Source of the DNA: Pyrinomonadaceae bacterium
Lineage (GTDB): Bacteria; Acidobacteriota; Blastocatellia; Pyrinomonadales; Pyrinomonadaceae
Reading direction: 5' to 3'
NCBI GenBank assembly: GCA_036379695.1
Contig: DASVGE010000019.1
Coordinates: 976 to 64,975, forward strand
Length of the DNA stretch: 64,000 bases
Shown here: piece by piece, positions 17,701-26,624 of the stretch
How the letters are laid out: each line of letters starts with the position of its first letter
Numbering within the stretch: the first letter of the stretch is position 1
The notes under the pieces: generated by a model
What the model was told of the DNA's origin: nothing
Database searches by the model: none
What the model saw: only the letters and a program-made list of their open reading frames with translations
Translations under genes and position numbers: made by a program

Positions 17701-20581
17701 GGTGCAAAGTCCTGTCAGCGGTTTCTTCTCGTGGTTTGACGACGGCTTCTCTTATGGGATCCCACTCGTGATCACGGGCGGCGTCATGATCGGTTATGCG
17801 TTGCGCGAGCGAATACCGCGCTTCGCTTTCTACGCCGGTGCTCTGTTCAATGCGACGGTGACGCTCGCGTTTCTGCTGTCAGTTGTCACCGCCGGTGGCT
17901 CGATGGATCGTGTGGTGCTGGTGCGGCTCATCCAACTGAATGCGCTGACATTCGCCGTCTATCTCTTGCCGTGGCTCAGCACGCGTCAACGCTGGGAAAG
18001 CGGTTTGGGGGAATACGATGAGCGGTTTGCCGATCAATTACTCAAGCTGCAACTGGCGCTGGCTGTCGTTTTGAATGTCGTGTTGTTCCTGCCGGTGGTT
18101 ATCACGCTCATTGTGTCACCCTGGCGCGCTGGAACGGCAACAATCGCTACCGGGAGCTTTCTCGGCTGGCTGACTTTCTTCATCACTGTTGTCGCCGCTG
18201 CGTGGTTAGCTGGGAAGCAGACGTCTCGACGTTCGGCCGACGCGCTTGCTGCGGCGCTGTTGGGTGTGAGTTGTCTACTCGCTTCCACAGGTTCGGAAGT
18301 CAGCGGCTGGGTGGGGCTCCATACACTAACCGTCAGCATCACGATGAGTGCGTGGCTGATGCTCCTGGCGGCCGAGCTGAGCGAAAGGTGGCAGTCGAGG
18401 TGCAGGGACCTGGCGTCGATCTTAGGCGGCGTCGCAGTGTTCCTGAGTCTGCGCAGCTTAGCGGACGCACAAACCAGCTACTGGTGGTCGATCGGACCAT
18501 TGCTGGCGATCACCGCTCTCGCCGCAGTCCTGAACTGGAAAACACTGCGGCGCCGCTACATCTTCGAAGCGGGGATTCTGTTCAACGTGGCAGTCTCGCT
18601 GTGGTGGGTCTTCGTTTTAGGCCGCGTCTTCACCGAAGCCCAGTTCCTGCTGACGAACCTGATCGCGGGTTCTTTGGCCGGCATTCTTTGGCTCTGGCTC
18701 GAGCTGCGCTCGCAACGCCTCAGGCAAACGACAACGCTTCACGAATTCTCATTTCACCACCTGGCCGCGATCCTTGCGCTGGCTGTACTGATGCTGCTTG
18801 TGATCCTGAGTTCCTTTATTCGCGGATCGCTGTCGCCATTGGTGTACGCGCCGCAGTTATCGTGGCTCGCGTTCCTGTCAGTGCTGGCATTTATGACGGC
18901 GTGTTTGTGGGACCGTCACGCGAAAGTCGCTGCCGGTGGTCTTTACGCACTGGGCCTGACAGCGTTTACGATCGCGCTCCGGCAACTGGACTTGAATGCA
19001 ACGCAATACACCTGGTCCGCGACGATCGTTCTCGCCGTCTACACTGTCGTCATCGCACTCCTCTGGCATCGACGCAGGCAAGTCATTGACTTCGCAAAAC
19101 AGTTTGGAGTGCCTGAGCGAATCGGCCCGGAGAAGACCGAACTCGATTGGCTCATGGTTTTTTCGATAGTCGCCGTTGTTACAGTCGCTGTGCTCGCTTA
19201 CTGGATCAATGTCAGTTTTCCTGATTTGGAATTGCGGGTTTCAGCGGGCCTGGTGCTGGCGGCGCAGTTTCTGACTTTTGGTCTGCTGGCTGAATGGGTT
19301 AACACGGAGCGCTGGCGTCGCGCGGCGATAGGCGCTCTTGTGGCCGGCGCTGTTCTCACCGGCTGGTCGTGGCTGACGCCCGGTTTCAGTGCGACGTGGT
19401 TGAATCGCAGTGTGATCCTGATGCTCGAAGCGATTGCTCTAACGGCGCTCTACGGATTCGCGCTCAACAAAGTAAATGCTCGCTGGCCGCAGTGGACCAG
19501 CGCCGCGCGTGCTTGTGTGCCGTGGCTGCTGGGCGCGGGCGTGGTGGCGTTGTTTTTCTGTCTCGGAACTGAAGTCAGGTATCAGATGGAGTTTGGTGCG
19601 GTACGAATTCATCCGCTCTCGCTGGTTGCCGTTGGCCTGACGCTCGTGGCGTCGGTGGTGATTAGCGTGCTCTTCGCGTTGTCGCCGAGTCACGACCCGT
19701 TGAGTCTCTCCGAGCGCGGGCGCATGCGATACGTGTACGTCGCCGAGGTGATGCTGGCGCTGCTGTTCCTGCACATCAGGTTGACGATGCCGTGGTTGTT
19801 CACAGGCTTTATCGAACGCTACTGGCCGTTGGTCGTCATGCTGATCGCGTACTTCGGTGTCGTGACCAGTGAAGCTTTGCGACGCCGGAAGTTACTCGTG
19901 CTGGCGCGGCCGTTAGAGCGCACGGGTGCGTTTCTGCCGCTGCTGCCGGTGCTTGGATTCTGGCTCGCTTCGTCTGAAGTAGATTTCTCAATGTTGTTGT
20001 TCCTGGTGGGCGGGCTGTATGGCTTGTTGTCAATCCTGCGCCGTTCGTTTGTGTTTGGTCTGCTGGCCGCCGTCGCCGGCAATGTGGGGCTGTGGTATGT
20101 GTGGCAACGCACGGCCGATTACGGGCTGCTGCAACATCCGCAATTGTGGTTGATACCGGTGGCGTTGTCGGTTCTGCTCGCGGCGTATCTGAATGAAGAC
20201 AAGCTCAGTGAAGATCAGATGACGGGCATCAGGTATCTCTCGCTGGTCGCGATCTATGTCTCGTCAACTGCCGACATCTTCATCAATGGGGTTGCGAATT
20301 CACCGTGGCTGCCGTTGATACTCGGTTCGTTCTCGCTGGCCGGTGTGTTTGCGGGAATACTGTTTCGGATTCGCGGTTTGCTTTTGCTGGGGGCGGTCTT
20401 TCTCCTGCTATCGATCGTCACGATGATCTGGTACGCGTCGATCAACTTCGGTTGGACGTGGCTATGGTACGTCGCCGGAATCGTGACCGGAGCCACGATC
20501 ATCTTCATGTTCGCGCTTTTCGAGAAGAAACGCAGCGAGGTCCTGCGCGTGGTTGAAGGCTTAAAGGAATGGGATCGGTAG
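14789..20581 (+). CDS. Giant polytopic membrane protein of unknown function (1930 aa, about 55 hydrophobic segments)
   Basis: Single uninterrupted 5.8-kb frame. The N-terminus has one TM helix, a short helical segment, a Pro/Ala-rich linker and the motif FMEESNIRWGEIIGGLLIIG. Hydrophobic helices with short W/R-rich loops then run nearly continuously to the C-terminus. Confidence 0.85.
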   Translation: MEFVFLLFVLLAIITVIGHVIWLTVAAFLRFLFSDDTAAKNGHQPVRLFEPSVKPLDDLDITERQISLFYVDGKIDERTYNLLIRRIRAERARVTPAAKAPASAPVPPSPSIEVPVDTPAPANVASVVTAALVASDDEIIIKPVPTFIIDDELPPKYEQPAPPPRPPRRPFSEVLNSFMEESNIRWGEIIGGLLIIGCSTALVVSLWAQISQIPVLKFLIFTTVTAILFGIGLYTEHRWKLPTTSRGILTIATLLVPLNFLAIAAVSASNTSGALVIGSELLAPAIFLCLVYFAGRVITPGCAHVLSAGVLGSSVGQLLVRHFAAVDTSPALLVLLGAFPVACYVVTVGIALRIVLDDREIDESETTTVFTILGTMSFAALLPFGLLLYKAGPLGMSMMYLAPLVTLWGLPMLATGTILWRRINNKELVASRTTGTALGILGVMIVLAGMLLAWPNPASIVPAALLNFAIFTALAVALELPVAHLIATMCFALAYLVTCHVVVGNITWQNLRVMSLLDVSLSVASGQVLVGAFALFAIASEWLSQRRRERDSRYYLISACVIGVVSLALATLSGLESFEYHALWIVYGLYSLGAFWIAWRHKLSPFAWIGSALLLFSLAHSFAYLLSFAFPWQTALFAHATICAIVAIVSSRYERGKVLAQPLNYSALISIVLGVVSLFQANTWEVTWMQAQRVFWIAGILLLLLWLNRRRLILNAFQIALICALVLTVKAALQQYEWYSYLPHAFLHPAALQIQGTVLALFCLAWLGLRFVVKRGREGWKADAWRLLDSDFSVDRIVLWYLLGGFLLLTVYGALSGVTQELAALGSGYTGFNIAGFPHQEALALGSWIVLGLLLVAMLASAWERRSSVYLLGALAVLAAIIPLLAGRFEHQIATATAWRWFAAIFLLGGSVAIWYRHGFARRLTAFGWPEFNEDAEPFAKQARTLLIALTFVPLFVLTIFPALRTIYYLPVQSPVSGFFSWFDDGFSYGIPLVITGGVMIGYALRERIPRFAFYAGALFNATVTLAFLLSVVTAGGSMDRVVLVRLIQLNALTFAVYLLPWLSTRQRWESGLGEYDERFADQLLKLQLALAVVLNVVLFLPVVITLIVSPWRAGTATIATGSFLGWLTFFITVVAAAWLAGKQTSRRSADALAAALLGVSCLLASTGSEVSGWVGLHTLTVSITMSAWLMLLAAELSERWQSRCRDLASILGGVAVFLSLRSLADAQTSYWWSIGPLLAITALAAVLNWKTLRRRYIFEAGILFNVAVSLWWVFVLGRVFTEAQFLLTNLIAGSLAGILWLWLELRSQRLRQTTTLHEFSFHHLAAILALAVLMLLVILSSFIRGSLSPLVYAPQLSWLAFLSVLAFMTACLWDRHAKVAAGGLYALGLTAFTIALRQLDLNATQYTWSATIVLAVYTVVIALLWHRRRQVIDFAKQFGVPERIGPEKTELDWLMVFSIVAVVTVAVLAYWINVSFPDLELRVSAGLVLAAQFLTFGLLAEWVNTERWRRAAIGALVAGAVLTGWSWLTPGFSATWLNRSVILMLEAIALTALYGFALNKVNARWPQWTSAARACVPWLLGAGVVALFFCLGTEVRYQMEFGAVRIHPLSLVAVGLTLVASVVISVLFALSPSHDPLSLSERGRMRYVYVAEVMLALLFLHIRLTMPWLFTGFIERYWPLVVMLIAYFGVVTSEALRRRKLLVLARPLERTGAFLPLLPVLGFWLASSEVDFSMLLFLVGGLYGLLSILRRSFVFGLLAAVAGNVGLWYVWQRTADYGLLQHPQLWLIPVALSVLLAAYLNEDKLSEDQMTGIRYLSLVAIYVSSTADIFINGVANSPWLPLILGSFSLAGVFAGILFRIRGLLLLGAVFLLLSIVTMIWYASINFGWTWLWYVAGIVTGATIIFMFALFEKKRSEVLRVVEGLKEWDR

Positions 20582-20722
20582 CCACAAAGAAGCACAAAAA
20601 GAGTTAGCCACAAAAAGGCACAAAAGGCACATAAAGCACAAAAGTTAGCTGTTGAGCTAATCGATTTTGTGCCTTTTGTGCCTTTTTGTGGCTAACTTTT
20701 TTTGTGCTTCTTTGTGGCTCTA
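20579..20722. repeat. Intergenic palindromic element, type C (long form, ~55-nt arms)
   Basis: TAGCCACAAAGAAGCACAAAAAGAGTTAGCCACAAAAAGGCACAAAAGGCACA ... TGTGCCTTTTGTGCCTTTTTGTGGCTAACTTTTTTTGTGCTTCTTTGTGGCTCTA. A small central hairpin TTAGCTGTTGAGCTAA sits between the arms. The element fills the whole convergent gap. Confidence 0.95.
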
Positions 20723-23700
20723 TTTCTCAGCGAGCTTGCGCCCTGCATTCAGGTTGTCCCAGTTCATGATGGCGTTGAAGACGAGGAAATAGCTTCCCTT
20801 GGTTTGGCCGCGCCAGAAGGGATTGGTCGAGAAGAGTAGAACGTGACCATTGCCCGAGGGCACATCGATGATTGCTGCTCGCTGTGCAATCTCATCGCCG
20901 CCATCCAGCAATCCTGAGACGAATAAGTCGCGACTATCGGCGTAGCGGATCACCACGCGCGGACGCTGATTGGGTGGTATCAACCCAATCGCGTTGCGAC
21001 GCTGTTCGTCGGTCACTGCCGGCGCTTCCCAGGGCTCGACTCGCGGCGGTGGCTCGGGAATCTCTGCCGGTGGGCGGCCTTGCGGTACGTCGGGATCGTC
21101 GGGTGTGCCACGACCAGTAGCGCGCGGCGCAGGTCGTCCACCACGCCCTCCGGTACCGTTGTTGATGTTGTAAATCGCGCCATTGAAGCAATACATCGCC
21201 AGCGAATCGCCGTAGCCATACGCGATCGGACTGGCCGAGTCGACAGTCTTAGTGCGCAGGATCGCGCCAATCGCGCGCAAACGTTGCGAGCGATTCGCGG
21301 AGACGCCCGCCGTGAAACCGTAGTTCACTGCAAACTCCGACGTGTCGTCGACGGTGATGAACAATCCGCCATCCTTCACAAACTTCTGAAGGTTCTGCAA
21401 ACCACTCCAACCCAGACCCGGTCGGATGTCGTCAGTCTCGTCGATGCCGCCAAGATTCGGCGTGAGTTGCGTCTTCTTCCACGGCAGCGGATTACCGTAC
21501 ATCGGCAAGCCGTTGACGATGGCCGACGCGGCACGGCCTACAGGCGCAAACAAGATGACGTCGTATTTGCTCTTGAGATTCGGGTCGCGCGAGACGTCCT
21601 GCGTGCTGATGTAAGCAAAAGGCACCTGCAACTGATCGAGGCCGATGCGATACCAGCCTTCGTCCTGTGTGTTCAGCCACGTGTGCATCATCGCGATGCG
21701 CGCGGCTCTGATCGGGTGTGTCTTCACCGATGGCGCATCAGGCACAGCATAAACCTGGATGCCGAGCTCGTTTGCGACTCGTCGCAGGTCGTCGCCGTTG
21801 GCCTTGCGAATGATGAAGGACCCTCTGTTGAACTTGCGTCCGGCGGCTTCGAAAGGCTCCTCGGCAGCTTCCATATCAACGTCTTTCAAGCGATAACGCA
21901 GCGTCACGAGGGCGTTATCGGCGTTGTGATTGATCAGATAGACCGAGCCACTGCTCGTGATACCTCCGGGAGAGCGCACGTCGCCTTTGATTAGTTCCAT
22001 CGGCGCTGTCAGCACCTTCGTATCAACGACACGCACTACTTCGACGTTGGCAAGCTCGCCCATGGTCCAGGCTGTATCGTCGTAGATGTCGGTTTGCGGA
22101 TCGTTTGGCGCCCAGTATTGATAGTCGAGCAGTGCATCGGCGATGCGGCTGTACGGTTGGTCCATGCGCACGATGTAACTGCCTGCCGGGAAAGTGCGAT
22201 CTTCTGTTTTCGCTGTTGGCGACGGTGAAGCTGCCGGAGATGGTCTGGCCGGGGCGCTACTCGCTTTCTTTTTGACTGCAACCGTGAACGGACCTGTTGA
22301 CCTGCTGATCTCCACGCCTTGCGCCTGCAACGTGCGCAACAGTTCGGCTTGATTTCCGGGCCTCACTTCGTCGGCTGGAAAGACATAAGCAGCGGGACCT
22401 TCGTTCTTCGGTTTTTCGATCGAGCGCTTGCTCTTGATGTAAAAGTTTTTGAGAAAGAGCTTGCTGTTGTTGCCGAAGTGGTGGAGTGTCGTCAGTAGCG
22501 CCGTCTGCTGGTAGTTGTTGTTGTTTCGCTGCGACCACTTCGCTTTTGGCAGTGGTGGATTCTGGCGATACCAGGTGCGTTGATACTCATTCGGCGACAG
22601 TGTTCGTTCGAGCGTGTCAGCGCCGGCGTTGCCGAAAGTCTCATACAAACGACTAATACCGTTGTGAGTCGCGGCGATGAACATCAGATAACCCGGCGAC
22701 CACGTGTCGAAGTTGCCGTGTGCGAAAACTCCCGGCATGCCAAACTTAGTCATCTCCGAAACGTTGTGCCACCCGATCATCTGCCACTCGTCGGTCAGGA
22801 TCGGATCGACCCAGGCGTTGTATGGACCATCGCCGATGGTGTTGTCGTAAAGGTACGGGACCGATTCGTGCAGGTCGTGCAGCACCTGCGGCTTCCACTG
22901 GATATAAGTGTTGAGCACGTTGCGCGTGAGTTTCAGCGACAGTCCGATCGCGTCGCGGTTGTTGTCGTGCGCGACGTATTTCCCCCAGTAGATCAACGGT
23001 GGCCAGTTCTGGTTTGGATTCGCGAGGTGCCAGTTATAAACATCGACCATGCGATTGCGGCCATCTACTTCGACGACCGGCGTGATCAGCGTCACCATGC
23101 TGTCGCGAATCGACTTCACATAAGGGCTGTTGTCGACGACGAGCCGGTAAGCCAATTCCATCAGCGCTGTCGGCGAGCCGGTTTCGGTCGAGTGAATGGC
23201 ACCGGTGATGTAATAGACTGGAAACGACGCGGCGACGAGGCGATCGGCTTCCGCTTCGTCCATGTTGATGGTGCGCGGATCGGCAAGTTTCGTGAGCCGG
23301 GCGCGATTCTCTTCGAGTTTTGACATCAGTTGCTCGGAAGCGACCGCGACGGCGATCATCTCGCGGCCTTCTTCAGTCGTGCCGATCGTATAGACTTTCA
23401 CTCGCTCCGGCCGGGCGCGCTCCAACATGCGCATGTACTTGTAAACGTCCTCGGCATACGGCAACTTGCCGGGCGCGCCTGCAACGTCGCCGAGCACGGC
23501 CTTGGGCGTCGGCACGTCGGGCGAAGCGGGCAGGTAGTCGGTCAGAGGCGAGTTGAAGTAAGGAGCGGTTGTATACTCGCGAATCTTGTTCGTGTACTCC
23601 TGATCGATAGGTTGATTAGGATCGCGGGCCGGCTTTACCTGGGCGTCGGCGATTGTTCCGAAAGTTGATAAGCAGAGAACGAAAAGAAGGAGCGACCGAA

Positions 23701-23749
23701 GGGGGCGCGCAGGCGTCATATTGTTTTTTCCTCGATTCGCTTTTAACAC
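20720..23749 (-). CDS. M14-family zinc carboxypeptidase-like protein with long C-terminal extension
   Basis: 1009 aa with a signal peptide. The HxxE zinc motif sits in the context ITGAIHSTETGSP. The size and layout match secreted M14-like proteins. Confidence 0.8.
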   Translation of the reverse strand: MLKANRGKNNMTPARPLRSLLLFVLCLSTFGTIADAQVKPARDPNQPIDQEYTNKIREYTTAPYFNSPLTDYLPASPDVPTPKAVLGDVAGAPGKLPYAEDVYKYMRMLERARPERVKVYTIGTTEEGREMIAVAVASEQLMSKLEENRARLTKLADPRTINMDEAEADRLVAASFPVYYITGAIHSTETGSPTALMELAYRLVVDNSPYVKSIRDSMVTLITPVVEVDGRNRMVDVYNWHLANPNQNWPPLIYWGKYVAHDNNRDAIGLSLKLTRNVLNTYIQWKPQVLHDLHESVPYLYDNTIGDGPYNAWVDPILTDEWQMIGWHNVSEMTKFGMPGVFAHGNFDTWSPGYLMFIAATHNGISRLYETFGNAGADTLERTLSPNEYQRTWYRQNPPLPKAKWSQRNNNNYQQTALLTTLHHFGNNSKLFLKNFYIKSKRSIEKPKNEGPAAYVFPADEVRPGNQAELLRTLQAQGVEISRSTGPFTVAVKKKASSAPARPSPAASPSPTAKTEDRTFPAGSYIVRMDQPYSRIADALLDYQYWAPNDPQTDIYDDTAWTMGELANVEVVRVVDTKVLTAPMELIKGDVRSPGGITSSGSVYLINHNADNALVTLRYRLKDVDMEAAEEPFEAAGRKFNRGSFIIRKANGDDLRRVANELGIQVYAVPDAPSVKTHPIRAARIAMMHTWLNTQDEGWYRIGLDQLQVPFAYISTQDVSRDPNLKSKYDVILFAPVGRAASAIVNGLPMYGNPLPWKKTQLTPNLGGIDETDDIRPGLGWSGLQNLQKFVKDGGLFITVDDTSEFAVNYGFTAGVSANRSQRLRAIGAILRTKTVDSASPIAYGYGDSLAMYCFNGAIYNINNGTGGRGGRPAPRATGRGTPDDPDVPQGRPPAEIPEPPPRVEPWEAPAVTDEQRRNAIGLIPPNQRPRVVIRYADSRDLFVSGLLDGGDEIAQRAAIIDVPSGNGHVLLFSTNPFWRGQTKGSYFLVFNAIMNWDNLNAGRKLAEK

Positions 23750-23794
23750 AGATTAGGTCGATTTTGAAATCAGAGAATTCCGTGTAATCTGTGG
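23745..23794. repeat. Degenerate palindromic element (type A/B relic)
   Basis: AACACAGATTAGGTCGATT ... AATTCCGTGTAATCTGTGG, with imperfect pairing. It lies in a divergent gap. Confidence 0.55.
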
Positions 23795-23799
23795 AACGG

Positions 23800-26052
23800 A
23801 TGTCAGATCAAACCAACAAAGCTAAGGCTGCTGGTGGCGTGCCGTCGATAGTTGCAGCGGTCAAGAGTATCTCCAATGAGATGGGGCTTGTTCGTGGTGT
23901 GCGGACACTGCTGCAAGTGAATCAAACGGGCGGAGTGGATTGTCCCGGTTGCGCGTGGCCGGAGCCGGATCGCAAGCGTTCGCATTTCGAGTTTTGTGAG
24001 AACGGCGCCAAGCATGTTGCCGACGAAGCGACCACCAAGCGAGTCACGCCTGAGTTTTTCCAAAAGTGGAGCGTGGCCGAACTCCTGGAGCAATCGGATC
24101 AATGGCTGAACGCACAGGGACGACTCACGCATCCGATGCTGCTGCGACGTGATGCGACGCACTACGAACCAGTGACTTGGGCAGATGCTTTCGAACTGAT
24201 CGCCACTGAACTCAATTCACTCAATTATCCGGATCAGGCAATCTTCTATACTTCGGGCCGCACCAGTAACGAAGCTGCTTTTCTATATCAACTGTTCGTG
24301 CGCCAGTTTGGCACCAACAACCTGCCCGATTGTTCGAACATGTGCCACGAGTCGAGCGGTTCGGCGTTGAGTGAGACGATTGGCGTAGGCAAGGGAACTG
24401 TCACCCTCGAAGACTTTGACAAAGCCGAGGCGATCTTTGTCATCGGTCAGAATCCGGGCACTAACCATCCGCGCATGCTGGCAGCGCTCGAACATGCAAA
24501 ACGAAACGGCTGCAAGCTCGTCCACATCAATCCGCTGCCCGAAGTGGGCATGACGCGCTTCAAACACCCACAACACGTCCTCGGATTGCTCGGCTCGGGC
24601 ACAGAACTGGCCGATCTGTTTCTCCAGGTGCGCATCAACGGCGACGTGGCGCTGCTGAAAGGAATCTCGAAAGCGGTGCTCGCGCGTGAAGGCGCCGTCG
24701 ATCGCGATTTCATCAACAACTACACCGATGGATTCGAAGCGTTTGTCTCTTCGGTGCAAAGTGTCTCGTGGGACGAGATCGTCGAACAGAGCGGCGTTGC
24801 AAGAGAACTGATCGAACAGGCAGCGCAGATCTTTGTCGCATCCGAGCGTACGATCTTCTGTTGGGCCATGGGACTGACTCAACATCGCAACGCCGTCGCC
24901 AACATACAGGAGATCGTGAACCTGATGCTTTTGCGCGGCCAGATCGGAAAGCCTGGCGCCGGCCTGTGTCCCGTGCGTGGCCACAGCAACGTGCAGGGCG
25001 ATCGCACCGTCGGCATCTGGGAACGACCTACCGAAAGCTTTCTCGACCGGCTTGGCGAAGCATTCGACTTCGAGCCACCGCGAAACCACGGCTTCGACAC
25101 GGTCCGGGCAATTCAGGCAATGCACAACGGTCACGCCAAGATCTTCTTCGCACTCGGCGGCAACTTTCTTTCGGCAACACCCGATACTGACTTTACCGCC
25201 GCTGCGCTGCGTCGCTGTCGCCTGACCGGGCACGTCTCCACTAAACTTAATCGTTCGCACTTAATAACTGCTGATCGGGCGTTGATACTTCCGTGTCTCG
25301 GTCGCACCGAGATCGACGTTGAAGCCACTGGGCCGCAGTTTGTCACCACCGAAAATTCAATGGGTGTGGTGCAGGTATCACGCGGTTCGCTCGAGCCTGC
25401 GTCTGAAGAGTTGTTGAGCGAAACGCAAATCGTAGCCCGGCTCGCACGCGCGACGCTTGAACATCGCACCACTGTCAACTGGGAAGAGTTGGCCGGCGAC
25501 TACGATAAAATTCGCGATGCCATCGAACGCGTAGTGCCGGGGTTCGATGATTACAACCGGCGCGTTCGCGCACCGGGTGGTTTCTATCTTCCGAACGCTG
25601 CTCGCAATCGCGTCTTCAACACCGCGAGCGGCAAAGCGCAGTTTACTGTTCACGAACTGCCGGAACATCATCTCGCACCCGGCCAGTTTTTGATGATGAC
25701 AATCCGTAGTCACGATCAGTTTAATACGTCGGTCTACAGTTCGAACGATCGCTATCGCGGCATCAGTGAAGATCGCCACGTCGTGTTTCTCAACGAAGAG
25801 GACATCGCCGCGATGGGTTTGCACGCGCGACAAGTTGTAGACTTGGTCAGCCATTTTGAAGGTGAGGAGCGGATTGCACGGCGCTTTGTGGTGGTGCCTT
25901 ACGATATTCCACGCCGTTGTGCCGCGACTTACTTTCCGGAAGCGAATGTTCTGGTGCCGGTGCGCAGTGTCGCCCTCAAGAGCAATACCCCGGCCTCGAA
26001 GTCGGTGGTCATCAGCATCCGGCCCGCAATGGAGGAATCAAAGCAAACATGA
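23800..26052 (+). CDS. FdhF/YdeP-family molybdopterin oxidoreductase
   Basis: About 750 aa. N-terminal Cys motif (CPGCAWPEP) and molybdopterin oxidoreductase-type sequence throughout. I prefer the ATG at 23800 over the GTG at 23791, which lies inside the repeat. Confidence 0.9.
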   Translation: MSDQTNKAKAAGGVPSIVAAVKSISNEMGLVRGVRTLLQVNQTGGVDCPGCAWPEPDRKRSHFEFCENGAKHVADEATTKRVTPEFFQKWSVAELLEQSDQWLNAQGRLTHPMLLRRDATHYEPVTWADAFELIATELNSLNYPDQAIFYTSGRTSNEAAFLYQLFVRQFGTNNLPDCSNMCHESSGSALSETIGVGKGTVTLEDFDKAEAIFVIGQNPGTNHPRMLAALEHAKRNGCKLVHINPLPEVGMTRFKHPQHVLGLLGSGTELADLFLQVRINGDVALLKGISKAVLAREGAVDRDFINNYTDGFEAFVSSVQSVSWDEIVEQSGVARELIEQAAQIFVASERTIFCWAMGLTQHRNAVANIQEIVNLMLLRGQIGKPGAGLCPVRGHSNVQGDRTVGIWERPTESFLDRLGEAFDFEPPRNHGFDTVRAIQAMHNGHAKIFFALGGNFLSATPDTDFTAAALRRCRLTGHVSTKLNRSHLITADRALILPCLGRTEIDVEATGPQFVTTENSMGVVQVSRGSLEPASEELLSETQIVARLARATLEHRTTVNWEELAGDYDKIRDAIERVVPGFDDYNRRVRAPGGFYLPNAARNRVFNTASGKAQFTVHELPEHHLAPGQFLMMTIRSHDQFNTSVYSSNDRYRGISEDRHVVFLNEEDIAAMGLHARQVVDLVSHFEGEERIARRFVVVPYDIPRRCAATYFPEANVLVPVRSVALKSNTPASKSVVISIRPAMEESKQT

Positions 26053-26624
26053 CCCCTCGAAGTGCAAAGAAAAAAACCACTCGAAAGCCAACCCCCGCGA
26101 AGAAGGCCAGCAAGAAGAAAGCTGTTAAGCGACGTGCCGCTTCAGCGGAGACGAATCACAAATCACAGCTCTACGCGAACCTCGTCGTGCAGTTGTTGAG
26201 TTTGTTGAAAGGCGAGCACGACTTCATCGCCAACGCCGCGAACTTCAGCGCGTTGCTCTTCAACTCACTGCCGAACGTGAACTGGGCCGGTTTCTATTTT
26301 CTTCAGGGCGAGGAGTTGGTGCTCGGACCATTCCAGGGGAATCCGGCTTGTGTTCGCATTCCGCTGGGGCAAGGCGTGTGCGGTGTCGCGGCGCAGCAAC
26401 TCGAAACGATCATCGTGCCGAACGTACACGAGTTTCCAGGACACATCGCGTGCGACGTAGCCTCGAATTCAGAGATCGTCGTGCCGCTGTTTGATGGCGA
26501 ACGATTGCTCGGCGTGCTCGATCTGGATAGTCAGATTATCGGCAGGTTCGACGATCAGGATGCTGAAGGTTTGAATGAGCTGGCGACGGTGTTTGTAGCG
26601 CACGAAGAGAGACTTGGACCATAG
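26049..26624 (+). CDS. GAF-domain protein, free methionine-(R)-sulfoxide reductase-like, with Lys-rich N-terminal tail
   Basis: The start is taken at ATG 26049, which overlaps the upstream stop as ATGA. The tail MTPRSAKKKTTRKPTPAKKASKKKAVKRR precedes a GAF core (NWAGFYF, GPFQGNPAC, GQGVCG) as in MsrC/YebR. Confidence 0.85.
   Translation: MTPRSAKKKTTRKPTPAKKASKKKAVKRRAASAETNHKSQLYANLVVQLLSLLKGEHDFIANAANFSALLFNSLPNVNWAGFYFLQGEELVLGPFQGNPACVRIPLGQGVCGVAAQQLETIIVPNVHEFPGHIACDVASNSEIVVPLFDGERLLGVLDLDSQIIGRFDDQDAEGLNELATVFVAHEERLGP

Noticed and set aside
16837-19089. Off-frame ORFs (16837..17580 and 18202..19089) inside the giant membrane-protein gene
   Set aside because: The main frame is continuous for 5.8 kb with coherent TM-helix composition. 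The alternative frames are Arg/Ala-rich with no features.
23800-26052. Selenocysteine recoding in the FdhF/YdeP-like oxidoreductase
   Set aside because: The frame is uninterrupted with no in-frame TGA, and Cys occupies the N-terminal metal-binding motif.
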